Positions 1 through 13,709 of a stretch of 64,000 nt of DNA are shown piece after piece. The position numbers and the translations under genes are program-made. How positions within the stretch are numbered: position 1 is the first letter of the stretch; every line of letters starts with the position of its first letter. The DNA comes from Glaucostegus cemiculus (lineage: Eukaryota). A model generated the notes under the pieces. That model was given only the letters and a program-made list of their open reading frames with translations. It had not been told where the DNA came from and ran no database searches. The stretch spans positions 1,550,001 through 1,614,000 of the forward strand of contig CDPCPM010000370.1 in assembly GCA_976551045.1 (NCBI GenBank), read 5' to 3'.

Positions 1-775
1 AGAGCTGAAAAATTGAGCATATCTGCTGATGGGCAGCAGTCGATCAGGTGGAGGCTTTCTGTCAGCTGAGGCCTCAGCTCCCATTTGCGCCTTTTTCGAC
101 TCACGCAGAGGTTCGTCATGTGGATCAAAACTCGTTTCCACAGGTTTTCGTTATCTCTCAAACTTCCATATTTAGTCTAACCATCAGACGGATTCGTATC
201 CAACGCTTTACCATGCCCTCACCTGTCAGAGTTATTCCCTCTTCTCTCCAACTCATTCCATGTCCGCAAGATAAATCTAACATGATTTCTCACAATCCCA
301 TGTCTGTAGAAGTGACTTCAGTTTGAAGTGTTCATTCTGTTTCAATTTACTGCATGTTACCTGACTTGATGAGTATTTTCGGAGTTTCTTTATATTTCAG
401 ATGCTCAGTACATGCAGTTACCGTTTCTGATTTGTTTGTTTTCAATTAGCGCTTCGGAAAAAAAACCGCACAACACAAATCACGGGGTCAGTGCGTCAAA
501 ACTGTTATCACTTTGCACTGCAACGAATATTAGCTTGTTTTAATTGTGTTCTTTATTGTAAAGCGTGTGAACAAATTATATTTAATGTATATTTTTCTTG
601 TGACTGTGGTGTTCATGATGCTTGCGATGCTGCAGCAAGTTAGGTTTACATTGCACTTGCGCACACTTGTACCTGTGCACGGCCAATAAACTCGATGGAG
701 AATTTCGACTTTGGCTTTGATATATTTTAGGAAACTGTTACTATTTGCTTTCATACATTTAAACCTTTTTGCCCT
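1..775. repeat. Duplicated non-coding segment, copy 1 (paralog at ~10975-11755)
   Basis: Collinear similarity by eye, e.g. GTGGATCAAAACTCGTTTCCACA at ~120 and ~11097, and CTGTTATCACTTTGCA..GCAACGAATATTA at ~502 and ~11477. Confidence 0.85.
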
Positions 776-1788
776 CCTTCAACAGCTGTGAAAATCTTTG
801 GGTCACTTTTCACAGCCACCAGTCAGACACTGATCAAATTGGAAGTACTTTATTTCCTTTTCCTCTCTGTTCATCTCAGGGCCATCAGTTTCGTTCTCCT
901 GGCACACATTATATTACGAAACGTAAGTGGAGTCAACTCTGATCATCTGTTGAGTGAAGAATGTTAGGGAAATGACTGCAGGCTAATTTGCTGTAACGTT
1001 CAGTTCATTATTTCGGTCGAAAGAGAGAGAGAGTCCTTGCGCTGGAAAGTCCACAGATGAGGGAATAGAGACCGGCATTCACATGGCTGCATTATCCTAA
1101 TAAGCACTTGCTCAGAGGCAATATAACATTCAGCTAGTTAGAGGAAATTCAGTTGTATTGTAGACTTCTGAACAAACATTCCAAAGTAATAATTATAAAT
1201 GCAATCGTGAAGGAAAGGTTATCACCGACAATTACATTTTTCCTGCAATTATTTTGTTGTATACACGGTTGTTTAATTATGTTAATACGACTAAACATAG
1301 ACTTCCATTTAGTGGCCAACATTTCGCTGATTGGGACCAAATTACTTTTGTCGGCAAAAGCATCGTTTCTGTTTTCCAGTCATTTCTGGAGCTTTTTGAA
1401 TAAAAATTGAATTAACTTTCCATGAAGGCGTCATGAATATATTTTACAGTTTCTTGTTTTGAAATTGCTGTGAAAGAACTAGTAAACGTCCTCTGAATGT
1501 CGCCCCAGCACATTTACAAACCCAGACAAATTAAATTATTTGAACAGCAAAACAAATCTACGATCGAGAAAATCTGAAATAAAACTAATAATGCTGGAGA
1601 ATTTCAGCAGGTCAAGCAGCCTTTCTGGAAAAGAAACGGAGTTTCAGAGTGTGTGCTGTCCTTACGCCCACGGGTCTGCATTGCGGCCCATTTTAAAAGT
1701 CAGAGGGTCGTTGCCGGTTTCCATTGTGGCGAAATTCCGCGGGTATGTCTGGAAAAAGCCGTCGGTACTGCAAAATATTTAACCTGTT

Positions 1789-1860
1789 TTTCCTGACCGG
1801 GAATCGAACCCGGGCCGCGGCGGTGAAAGCGCCGAATCCTGACCACTAGACCATCAGGGA
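1789..1860 (-). tRNA. tRNA-Glu (anticodon TTC)
   Basis: Minus strand reads TCCCTGATGGTCTAGTGGTCAGGATTCGGCGCTTTCACCGCCGCGGCCCGGGTTCGATTCCCGGTCAGGAAA. A and B boxes intact, anticodon loop CTTTCAC, TTTT about 15 nt downstream. One acceptor-stem mismatch (C2:A71). Confidence 0.9.
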
Positions 1861-1965
1861 GACTGGTGAAGGAATTGGCGAGATTGCCTGGTGAAAATTG
1901 TCGAACCAAATCATACACGAGCAGTGGCGCTGAAGGACTGGGAGTTGAGGCGGCGCGTGAACTTT

Positions 1966-1981
1966 TGCTGCCCTCTGGTGG
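1966..1981 (-). promoter_or_regulatory. CTCF-like motif
   Basis: CCACCAGAGGGCAGCA on the - strand, matching the CTCF core CCASYAGRKGGCRS. Confidence 0.55.
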
Positions 1982-4424
1982 AACGTCTGAGCGAAACTTC
2001 TCACTTCAATTTGGTTCAGAAATGTTACCCAGTGTCTTAGAAATTGGAAAGAAATTCAGATTCCTGAGTTACGGACGAAGTAGACGATTCAATTTAAAAT
2101 AACTGAGGTAAACTGAAGATTTACGTCACAATGCGAGCGCCTTATGTACTGAATTTTAAACCGGAACTGGGCACACAGCTGGAGATTACTCTGACGAGAG
2201 CATTATTGAAGATAATATAATTTCCAAAACCTACTCCTCCACAACTACGGCAAACTTCCCAGTTTCACAGTCTCGGGGGCTGCAGCCGAGATGCTCCGCA
2301 GATTGTTTATGTACCTGGAGAGTCACTGTGAGAGAAACGAGTGAAAGCCTCGCCCAGACAGATCGTCCGCTGTTTGGATCTCCGATGCTCCTCTGACGCC
2401 AGGCGCAACCCCGAGTTTGTGCTATTTCTCTACATCCCGAGGATCGGCCCCAAAACCTGTTTGTTTCCCGTGAATACATCTCGCTTTGTATAGAAACAGT
2501 AGCATTCCCAGTACCCTTCCTGTCTAACAATGTTCGCAAGAGCGATCACTGGGAATATTATATAGAACATAGAACAGGGAAAAACTGCAGCACAATTCAG
2601 GCCTTTCGGTCCGTTTTCTGTTGACCTCCCACTGTTTATGATACTTGGGGCTTTGGCTGATTTTCTTCCTGAAAGTCGGCTCTGCCAGTCTTAATTGAAT
2701 TACTTATGCACGGACCAATGTTTACAAAGGTCATACGATGTATTAATATGTTGCTGCACACCGAATTCCTCTTTCCACTAATAATACCCGGCATTTGTTT
2801 CATCCTTGCTTTTTGTCATTTAGCATTTGATGCTCTGCATGCCATTGCATTATACCTTGGCACAGCCTGTATTGTTCTGCATCCCGTCTGTGTATATATT
2901 AACCGGTATCAGTCCAAACAGAGTGGTTATGTGCAAATGTGAATCATTCGTCATTTGTAGTACCCTGAGTGCTGTTGGTATGAATGCCACGAATTCGATG
3001 TTTGTCGAATTTCCCTGGACCGAACTTTGTTAATTTTGTTTTATTCTCTGTTTCTTTTTACATTGTTTCAACCATTTCACTCTTTATTATGTTTTGGATC
3101 GTAATTTTTCAAATGGTTAGGATGAGACTATTTATGCTGTACCAGACTATCTCTTTATAAATTTTGCCATTCGTTTCAATCACACTGTCTCTTCGGTCTT
3201 ATTAAATATCGCCTTGACTAAAATTTTGCAATGTCAGTGTCTGTCTGTTCATGTAACAAAGAATCGGAGAGGGCACCAGGTAATGCCTCCACTGAAAATC
3301 ACCATCTTACTCGTAATGTTGTCCAGCTACAGTGTCACCAAGGCATTATCCTGGTTTCTGTGCCCCCAAACCTGGAAGTGGAAGCCAGGATGTCCCACCG
3401 AGCTAAGGCTGATTCCATCCATCTCCATATCCCATATCCTACACCGTGCCCAGTCAATTCACGAAATACCTCCTATTTCTCTTGAATTTGGGCTTTACAG
3501 TGTTGATTAACATCTGTCATAAACAATACCATCAACAGTCCCTGATTCTCACCCATGATTATAGTACCCCCAATCAATGTTTACAATTTTCACCATTGAT
3601 ACCACCTGTGTTGTCAACACAGGATACGGCACAATGTCAAAGTTACAGGAGAGTATTACTGCCTCTGAGATTGAATTTGCTCTTACTGTACCAGATACTG
3701 CTTTTGCTATTCATGCAGTTGTTCTCGCCTGTTTTTATTGAATGTATGTGAATTGCCCAAAATACATCAATTCGGCCAGCAGCCTTGAGAATTCACCACT
3801 TTTTGGATACTGGCAATCTGTGTCATATTATACGTCGTGCTTGGGCACATTCTCTATTGATGATGCAGGCATGAGCACCCTGCTGATTCTCAGTATTTTG
3901 TACAACGAGGAAAGCTTCTCATCACACGTCAAGCACTGGGACACTGTATTTGTCGCCCCCACGTGTCGGATACAGATATTTGCACATTTGCACGACACCG
4001 CAGAGATTTTCGAACGCTTCATTTCTCCAGAAGATGGAGCTGTGGACTCATATTTTCCACTTCTGTCAGTGTCAACATCTCATTCGGCCTGTCTAATAAT
4101 ATTTCGTGCAATGGACCCTGTGTGATTACACAATTCTTTGCACTTACTTTTCCTGAAAGTCCCTAGGTATCGAGAATGCCTTGCTTGCACTCTGAATGGG
4201 TCATTTCTGAGAAGACTATTGTGAGGATGTCGGACGCTCCTGCAGTTTGTGCAGGAGGTGGCTGACCATTTCATATTAACCTGGGCGCTGTACATCCGAA
4301 GACACTACCAGATGGTTTCTTTATGCTGAATTGTGAATGTTATCCGTTGATTCGGTATAATATATTAAACATATTTCTATACCAGTATCCTTCATTGTTC
4401 TGGAAATGATCTCTGTCGGGATTA

Positions 4425-5230
4425 GAACCATAGAAGAATAGAATTCCACAGCACGGAAAACAGGCCATTCGGCCCTTTTCGTCTGTGCCGGAACGTTATC
4501 TTAGTGGTCCAATTAGCTGCACCCAGTCCACAACCCTCCAGACCACTCCCGTCCATGAATCTATTTAATTCATTCTAGAGACTCAAGAGCCAGTCCGTAT
4601 TTACCGCGTCAGATGGCAGCCCTTTCCATACTCCCACCACTCTTTGAGTAGTCTCCCATAATGTTCCTCTTAAACCTTTCTCCTTTCAACTTCAAACCAT
4701 GTCCTATCGTCCTTATCTCTCCTAATCTCTGTGGAAAGAGCCAACCAGCATTAACTCTGCATGTACATCTCTTAATTTTATAAAGCCCTATCAGATATCC
4801 CCTGATTCATCTGCGCTACAAGGGCTGGAATTCAAACCTGCTGAATCTTGCCCTGCACCCAACTCCTGAAGACCCGGAAGCATTCTAGTAAATTTTCTCA
4901 GCAGTGTTTCCATCTGTCATGTGGAACTTTTCCAAGGCCTGACTGAGGTCCATTTAGATAAAATCCACAGCCTTTCCTTCATCTACTTTCTTATTATCCT
5001 CCTCGGAAAACTCTAGAAGATACGATAACACGATTCGATAACACGATCTACTACACACAAAGCCAAGCTGACTATCGTTAATTAGCTCATGGACGTCCAA
5101 ATACTTGCATATCAGATCTCTCAGAACACCTTCCAATAATTAAGCTAATGCTGATATCAGGCTCACTGGCCTGTAATAACCTGGTTTACTTTTCGATCCT
5201 TTTAATATGAGCTACCCTCCGGCCCTCCAG
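4425..5230 (-). mobile_element. CR1-clade LINE 3' remnant
   Basis: ORF 4954-5136 (LRDLICKYLD...SQLGFV..RSC...LLEF...VDEGKAVD) is a CR1 RT fragment; typical 3' tail (TAGAACCATAGAA...GGCCATTCGGCCC) at ~4425. Boundaries approximate. Confidence 0.8.
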
Positions 5231-5856
5231 CACGACCGTCCAGTCCCCCGGCACCTATACAGTTCACCAGTACACTCCTGGATTACAAGAGGATTGTACC
5301 TGTTTATATCACAATGAATCTACATGCATTATACATACCGCTCTTGTTTTTCCAAGACAACACTCTGCGCCTCTCGAAATATCATCAGTCCCTGCCTCTC
5401 TATGTCTGCTGCACTGGCCTACCTCAGTTTATATTGTGCATTGATCTCTATATATCTTTCCTACCTTGCTCTCCGTATATGTATATATATGTATATATAT
5501 TATGCGGCGCCCTGTTTCTGTGTGACAGATGACCCTGTTCCTATTTCTCTTATGTGTACCATATTACGATAAAATCTAAACTGAATTGCCTCTACTTCGG
5601 ATAAACCTATCATAATAAGCTCTATACCTTTGTCTGTTGCTTTGGGCTCAGTTTCCACTTATATTGTTTCGGGCCCTGAGGCTGTGGATGCTACAGCGAA
5701 CTTCATAATATACACCACACCTTTTCTCTTTGTACAGTAAAGATAGTACGAAGTTACTAACATCAATATAAACGTTGTCTTCTCCTGTACTGTTCTCAAC
5801 CCTGTTCTCTATCTCTCTCTCCCTCTGAATGCACATACATAGATACAAACCTATGC

Positions 5857-5870
5857 ATATATATATATAT

Positions 5871-5912
<42 letters not shown>

Positions 5913-5970
5913 TTTTATCTATGTATGTGCATTCAGAGACAGAGAGAGAGTGAGAGCAGGGTTGAGAACA

Positions 5971-6015
<45 letters not shown>

Positions 6016-6080
6016 TATTTATCCATCCATCCGTTCATTTATTTGTTTATCTATCTATCTATCTATATATTTATTTATTT
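5857..6080. repeat. Compound microsatellite (TA)n/(GA)n/(TA)n/(TATC)n
   Basis: Directly visible. Confidence 0.95.
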
Positions 6081-6098
6081 ACTTGCTTGCTTGCTTAT

Positions 6099-6868
6099 CC
6101 AAAAGGCGTAAATTCAAAGATGACACATTTATTTACACATTTATTTAATATTTTAAGCAAGATTACTTATTATTTACATATTTTACATTTTCAAAATAAC
6201 AAACAACAGAAAGCGCTGCAAGCAAAAGTTTCGACTCCCTGCATGGTCAGTACATAGCAACATCCCCTTTGGCAAGTATAAGGGCGTGTAAACGCTTTCA
6301 ACAGCCAGCGAAGCTTCATTCAATTCTTAGGTTTTTTTTCGCCCATCCTTCCTTGCAAAAGGCTTCTAGTTCAGTGAGATTCTTGGGCCGTCTTGCATGC
6401 ACTGCTCATTTGAGGTCTAGCTACAGATTTTCTATGATGCCGAGGTCGAGCAACTGTGACGGCCATTGCATTCCTTCAGTTAGTGCCGCTTGAAGTCGTC
6501 GATAGTGGATTTTGAGGTGTGTTGAGGATAGCTATCCTGTTGTAGAAGCCATCCTCTTTTCAACTTCAGCATTTCTTTTACAGACGTTGTGATGTTTGGG
6601 TCAAGAATTTGCTGGTATTTAGTCGAATTCATTCTGCTCTCTACCAGTGTAATGTTGCCCGTGCCACTGGCTGCATCACAAGCCCAAAGCATGATCGAAC
6701 CACCCCTTTGCTTGACAGTTGGAGAGCTGCTCTTTCCATGAAATTCTGCAGCCGTTTTTCCTCCAAATATATCTTTGTTTATTGCAGCCAAAAAAAAAAA
6801 TCAGTCGTATTATAACTTCATCAGTCCACAGGAACTGTTTCCCAAATTTATCAGGCCTGTTTAGCTGT
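6099..6868 (-). mobile_element. Tc1/mariner transposon remnant (3' half of transposase)
   Basis: Fragments KQFLWTDE, PTVKQRGGSIMLWAC, WLLQQDSYPQHTSKST; same family as the element at 37758-39436. Confidence 0.9.
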
Positions 6869-7189
6869 TTGGTAGGGACGAAGGAATTAAAAGATATAGT
6901 CGCACGATGCGTAACGAGAATCATATGTTTCGTGCTTTTGTTCGCGGTTTTCGTCCTTGAGAATCATTGCAATATCTCCCTTTCAGCTGTTTTTTTCATT
7001 GAAAAGTGTCCCCTTTTGGACTTGACGTCGTTCTGTGTCGCGGAACTATTTCACTGAGAAATCCGTTGTTCAGAGGTAACAGTCGGAAGCGTCGACAATT
7101 GTAGAAGAACAATACTGTTTGTTGTTCTGAACGTCTTGAAATGATTCGGCAGCTTCTTGTGATGTTCCTGAACGAATTGAGACCAGGGT

Positions 7190-7273
7190 AGTTCTTGCTC
7201 CGTGGAAATTGAGAGCCGGGCCACAATGAGATCTATAGAGAAGGGTCGGGGACGACAGTGATTATCACAACAG
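7190..7273 (+). pseudogene. Relic NAR-TCR-type J segment with degenerate 23-RSS
   Basis: AGTTCTTGC-23 bp-CACAATG (7190-7228), then IYREGSGTTVIITT and GT donor at 7274. Flanks are homologous to those of the J at 18746. Confidence 0.65.
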
Positions 7274-9934
7274 GTATTCGTCTCAAAACCTTGCCCTGAC
7301 TCCGCTGTCCACTCGGGAATATTCAGAAGTGAAAACAGAAAATGCTGTGAAAAACCAGCGGACGAGGATAGAAAATTACATAACGTTTGACAATGTTTCA
7401 GGTCGAATACACTTTATCACAACTTGTTACATATATACAGATATGTATGTGTATAAAATATAATGTGATTGGTGTGACGTCAGTCACCTTCAAAGTTAAG
7501 CAGCGTTATTTTCTAAGCGAGTCCTGCAAAGCGGTCCAGAGGTGATATTGCCAAAGGGAGTGGGATCTCAGTGTGTGTTCAGTGAAGGGGGAGGTTCTGT
7601 AGAACACCCCAGATGCAGGCAGAGTGGGTAGTTGGAGTAGTTACGTATGGCTATTAACGTGGTACATCTGGTATAATAAAACCAGATGCAGCGTTCAAAA
7701 TACTGTTCAATAGAGAGGACATATTTTGTGCTCTTGGTGGTTAGGAGCTTTGAGCAGCAATAACAGAGACAAGGAACAATAATAATGTTCAAAACTCATT
7801 GTAGGTGACATACACAGATGAATAAAGTGGCAGCATGCAGTAAAATCAGGTATTGAGGCTCGTATCATATGAAGTCGTACGAGCTCCAAGACTGCACGGA
7901 GAGTAAAAAGATCAATCAGAGTACACTTACCCACTTTACACTCGATATTCACCTTACTCAAGTCATGATGATAAAATGACTATTCTTCCTGATGAAGGCT
8001 CTCGAACGCAACATAATATTTCCTTTCATATTCCGCTATTCCCCTCCGACACCGTGTGAAACTTGTCTATAAATTTCGTCAATGCCCATAGCACGTCACG
8101 CTGGTTCGCTTCACCCGTCTCATACCCATAAATATTTGAACCCATTCACTCTTCATATCACATACACACGCAGCACGTATTTTGTTTGAGCAAAATCGAA
8201 CTCTGACTGCACTCATCTCAGCTTTTGTTCACTTCTACCTCTCTTCTACACTAGGTACTGTCACAATATATTCTGTGAATTACCAACCACTTATGTTGCC
8301 CATCCCAATTACACTTAGACAATTTCTGTTTCCAATAGGGTATCCCAGTCATTACTGGCGTTACGCCATGCACCGTGGTTGCATATTTATCTCAACAGAC
8401 TCTTGTAATGCATATTGTTACTTCTGCGTGTAAATAATGTCTGTGCCGGGATTTAGAACACTGAATTCGGTGCTTGTGATTTTTCTATGAGGAAGCGTTT
8501 TGTTCATGTCCCAGTTAACAGGTACAAATAGGCGAAACTTGCCTCAGGTTATGTCACCAAGGCCTGTTTTAGCGTCCAGTTACGATACGTTCACCATGTG
8601 TACCAGACTAGGACATTTGTTCATTGGCTCAGTCAGAACGGAAGGAACTTTGGTCCATAAATTGGCATACCTTGCAACAGACACTGTCTCTGATTGTGCT
8701 CTATCACGTTCTTCAGCTGTACTGCAATGAGCTGTGGTTCCACAAAGATAACGCAAAACACTATGCCAAATCGCTTCTTTAATTTTCCTTCATCCACTTC
8801 TACCTTGGTTTGTTTAATCTCAACGGAACAAACCACTCTCACTTAAGTTTTCAGCAGCCCATCTCGCAGAGTTTACAACACAAAGCCACGGCTCTGACTG
8901 TATAACACGGCAACCTTCCTGTGTAATTCCTGCTCTGATTCATGTCTTGAAACAAACCAACGCAGAATCGGATCAAGGAAAAATAAAGAAAGGATTTGGC
9001 ATAATTTCAACAGAAAGTTGGTAAAGGCACTGTGGGTTGAGACGGATTCCAATGTAATGTGAAGGTCAGCACGGTGTATCTCAATATCAGTCTAAACGTG
9101 CTGAACAGTAATCCAGGAGAAACCGAGGTATGTTTAGTGATATCTCAGTGGAACCATAATTCAGTGTCATGCCACAGAATAATGTGATGGAACACCGTCA
9201 TCTGCAGGGTCTTTTATCTCTCTGAACGTATGTTCTTACGTGTTCACAGATAAAGTCGACACAATGCTTTTCTTCTCAACGAACCAGAAGTTTGATGTTT
9301 TTTTGTATTCTAAATTGTAATACGATGCCCTGTTCCAAGATTTTTCGTCTCAATTACCACATGAATGGGGATCCCCTTCTTCACAAGCCAATGCAATTGT
9401 TCGAAGTTTCGCCCGCGAGACCTGTCGCGAAATTCGCTCCTCCCAGATTGCCCCCCACCCCCGCCGAATTTTGTGTATTTCAACGTGTACACTATTCAGG
9501 TCTTCGAACTCGACATGCTTTAGGCCCAGTGACCTAATCGGGCAACAGCCTCGATTCACCTTTATTTACCTCCAGTTCTCGGTCTCCAAGACATGTTTTC
9601 TGGACTTGAACAAAAAAGTGAAGCTCTGTGGATTTGTATTGGGGTACAAGTAGAGGCAGATCAATTAAGCACACACATTGCATGTTTATAACCACATTTC
9701 ATTCCTAATAACTTTGGGGTTCCTTGAGAACTGGTGAGAGTAGGGTCGAGAAGGGCATCAGTATGACTATGGAATCTGGATGGTACCATGCATTAGATGA
9801 AGTGTTGCTGACCTTTGATCGATAATGACGTACTTTCTGTCTCCATCGGTTTCTCAATAGCGATAGAAAGTAGGCAATTATCGATAAAAGGTCTGGCGCC
9901 AGTTTTGGGGAAATATTAGTGAAAATATAATAGT

Positions 9935-10265
9935 TCAGCATTTGGAAACAGTAATAGAATAGGACATTGTTAACATTGATATACCAGAGGAAAGTCCTGT
10001 TGTATGCGTTAGCTATTTTAGAAGGATGTAACTAATGGAGAGGTTGGAATGGAATCAATGGATGTAATGCGTTTAGAATTTCAGGAGGCTTTCGAAAACG
10101 TCTCCCCTTGAAAAATCAGTGTGAAAAGTTAATACAGGTGGAATTGGATCATCAATCTGATTGTTAGACTGGAAGCAAAAGATAGGAGTAAATGGATCCC
10201 TTTCTGTGTAACAGGCAGTGATGAATGGAGCTATACTGCAATATAACTCAGGGGCCCCTAATTAT
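9935..10265 (+). mobile_element. Decayed CR1 LINE RT fragment
   Basis: Degenerate DVxxLxFQxAF, KQxxGVNGSxS and GPL motifs in RT order. Confidence 0.6.
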
Positions 10266-10974
10266 GAGCGTCTCTCCCCTCCACTAATCTTCCACACAGC
10301 TGTCTTCATTGCATCCTCCCTTCATTGTGCATAAGTGTATCCGAAGAACTTCATCAACATCCTGGAGTACCCTCTTGTTTATGGAACAGATTCTCAGTGT
10401 GAGAGTGTGACCGGTTTCCTTCTGTTCACTTGGACTCAAGCATCTTCCGCAACTTAGATTAAAATGGATCTCTCGGCGTACTTGTATACATTCATGTGGA
10501 AAGGCTCCCGGAAAGCTGTGGACGAAGATACACACTTAAAATATTCAGATTATCCACAATATCCTCGGGCAGCTGTCACTTTGATCGAAGATGTTGTATG
10601 TGCATGTAGTTTTCACCACATTAGTCGTACTAAAGTATGATGATCCGACCCATTTTTCCGACGCTTGGTCCGGCTCTCCAGATCTGTTTCCTTCTCGGTC
10701 TTCCTCCAGGATGGCGCATGATATCATTGACACAAAATGTGGGCAGGAACGGAGTTTTAACGATAAAGCGGAATCAGCGAATGGGACATCTGAGAAAGTA
10801 GATCTTGGCAGAGAGAAATTGCGTTCACGTGTTCAATGGATAGTTGCCCTTTGTAACTGGTGGAAGTTGAATGTTCCATTCTTTTGGATAAAGTGCTCTC
10901 CGCTCCTCCGTCGTTGGTAAGTGAAGCAACTACTCGCCCTTATTTTGATCGGGAAATATGTGTGCTTCCATATG

Positions 10975-11755
10975 ACAGCTGAGCAATCGAGCAGATCTAC
11001 TGATCGGCCGCTGTCGATCGGTGGGAAGTTTTCTGTCAGAGCTGGTCTCTGCTTCCTTTTACTCCTTTTTCGTCCCTCACGCAGAGGCTTCGTCATGTGG
11101 ATCAAAACTCGTTTCCACAAGTTTTCACTCTCTCTCAAACTTCCATATTTAGTCGAACCATCAGTGAGATTCGAATACAACGCGTTACCATTCCCTCACC
11201 AATCAGAGATATTCCCTCTTCTCTCCAACTCATTCCATGTCCGCAAGATAAACCTAACATAATTTCTCACAATCCCACGTCTGTATAAGTGACTTCATTT
11301 TGAAATGTTTTCTCTGTTTCATTTTACCGCTGCTACACGACTTATTGGGTATTTTCAGACTTTCTTTACATTTCAGATGTTCTGCACATGCAGTTACCCT
11401 TTGTTATTTGTTTGTTTTCAATTACCATTTCGGAACCAAACCACACGAACCAAATCACTATGTCAGTGCAGCAACACTGTTATCACTTTGCAATGCAACG
11501 AATATTATTTTGTTTTAATTGTGTTCTTTATTGTAAAACTTGTGAATAATTTATATTTAAGTTATATTTTTTCTTTCGAATGCTGTATTTATGCTGTTAG
11601 TGATGCTGTTGCAAGTTCGGTTTACAATGCAAATGCACACACTTGTGCGGGTGCGTGGGACAATAACCTCAATGGTGACTTTCGATTTTGGCTTTGAGAA
11701 ATTTTAGGAACTGTTTATGTTTGGCTTCACATACTCAAACACTTCTGCCCTCCTT
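10975..11755. repeat. Duplicated non-coding segment, copy 2 (paralog of 1-775)
   Basis: See copy 1; the spurious ORFs 48-326 and 11097-11288 share DQNSFPQVF...SSLQLIPCPQDK. Confidence 0.85.
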
Positions 11756-12538
11756 CTCTAGAAACAGTTTTTTATGCAGTATTTGTACCTGCATATTTTT
11801 TTGTCTGCGTTAATTCAATGTTTTCTGTTTTATGTACGTGAGTCTGGGGGAAACGGCATTCGTGCCTCCGTGTGATTTTATAGCAAATGGGTAAATAAGA
11901 ATAAAATAACTTGAACTTGAACTGGAACATAATTTATGATGTTACAATAGGAGTGTTTCGGAATAAAACAACCCACGCCCTTCTGGGATAATCGTAAGAC
12001 AACTGAACAGCTTGGACTTCTGCAAGTCCCGGAATGTGAGGGAAAGATGGCATGAACAGCGTTGACTAATATTGTTTCCATGCTTAAGGCTCCCAGGGAA
12101 TATCAACGATGTTCACTGCTCATTATTGCTTCCTGAAACAGGTTGAAATATTGATATTCCGCATGTTCTCACAGAGACTGAAACGCTGAAATAAAGTCCT
12201 GCCCAAAATAGACCAGAGTTTATCTCCTTTCGAGCACAGGATTATAATTCTGATCTATTTAATGGGAGTGAGCGGATGTCCTCCGTCTTCAGTGCACTGA
12301 ATGACAGCACGCCTGGTGCGGTGTGGGGACCCGAGGTCAAGTGATGCAGATTTGCATTGGTCGATTGATTTTCAAACTGATTACTGCAACACCAACGTTG
12401 TTATTTGCATCAGCTGATGACGGCGATCAATGGGTAACGAAGGGACGTGAAGTAAAGTTCTAGATCCAGGGAGGAGGCAGGAACATTCTGAGAAAATGGA
12501 TCCCTGTAACAGAGACGCCAACATCTGCAGAGCAGTTC

Positions 12539-12885
12539 GGGTTTTGTACGAGGAATACCAGTTTTCACCACTATGAGCGTCGGTGCGCACATATATACAA
12601 CAGAGGTGCTCAGCGACAGCTCTGAGATGATCCGAGTGGCGAATTTCGTATGTTGCAGAGAGGCGTGTTCTCCCTAAATCTGCTTTCTTGGAGTATTTCC
12701 AAGTATACCGCTGGAGTATTTCAAAAGAATTAACACGATCTGCGCGTCGACATGTTGCTGGTACCATATCAGGTCATAGTTGCTGCTCAACGTTGTGTCG
12801 TAGTTGCAGTTTAGAGTCACAGTTGCTCTTTCTGTCTCCATGGCTGAGGACAGAGGATGACTAACAGCGCCTCCATGATTCGGAA
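12539..12885 (-). pseudogene. TCR alpha/delta-type V pseudogene with defective RSS
   Basis: Acceptor TTTTCCAG at 12886; ATVTLNCNYDTTLSSNYDLIWYQQ, frameshifts, ...SVVYMCAPTL; RSS CATAGTG-21 bp-ACAAAACCC (12575-12539). Confidence 0.8.
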
Positions 12886-13693
12886 CTGGAAAATATGTAC
12901 AAAGTAGGAAATCATTCACAATGGTGAAGAGAAATTTATATAACTATCAATTTCAGCAGGAAGTAGAGAAAGGGAAAGTGTGATCCGGGGATTGGATCGG
13001 CCCAACCGTGTTTGGAGAACCTAAATTTTCCGGGTAGAGGAGGATACGTTTGTTATTTACAGGGAAGGAAGTCGTCACCGAGAAATGATAAAAGGTCGAT
13101 GAAAGCGCGAGGAGGCTGCGAATTGTGCTCCCTGAGTCTGTCATTCATCATCTCCGAAGCAGCTGGTCGTAGCAGATACCAGCATCGCCATCAGAGCAAC
13201 CGACCTTCTCAGCCAAACAATAGCAAATGATCAGCAGCGCCACCTGTCTGGTAAAAAACGCAGTGCAGGTTAGACCACACAGAGCGAGAGCAGCAAACGA
13301 GTCGTGCGCGGAATGGAGACCCTGAGAAATCATGGAGACCAAGTAGACCATCCAATCAGCTACACCCGGAGCTAAAGGAGCTGGGGAGATTGATAGTAGT
13401 CAGTGCAGAGTTGATTCTGGCCAAAAGCTGCTGTTCGCTGAAAAGGTTGATTGAGAATGAAGTCAGGAGATGTACGAGGCTAATGAATAATGGCATCCGT
13501 TATATATTTCAAAGAAGATAAATGTTGAGAATATCCCGAACTCTCAGAATAAAATTAACCGGCCGAAAAATCACGTTTCATCAGTGCTCCCCAACTGAAT
13601 ATTCGGATATGTATTTGACACAAACTGAATTCTGTTGAAATATCTCAAACTTTGAGAAAGTAAACAAAATGATCGCGTGGAAAATCAATCAAT

Positions 13694-13709
13694 CCACTAG
13701 ATGGCAGCA
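13694..13709 (+). promoter_or_regulatory. CTCF-like motif
   Basis: CCACTAGATGGCAGCA. Confidence 0.55.

Noticed and set aside
3230-4300. Possible decayed Ig-domain or retroviral env coding (VILSCNFD...WYQ on -, EYYC on +)
   Set aside because: Motifs are in inconsistent frames or strands, with many stops and no RSS.
5829-6257. Long ORFs with ERERER/YIYIYI/LSLSLS runs (also 54788-55569)
   Set aside because: Translations of microsatellites.
8760-9110. Supporting Vdelta remnant for the relic J (ATTCCTGCTC match, CACGGTG at ~9069)
   Set aside because: The position fits, but similarity is too weak to call by eye.
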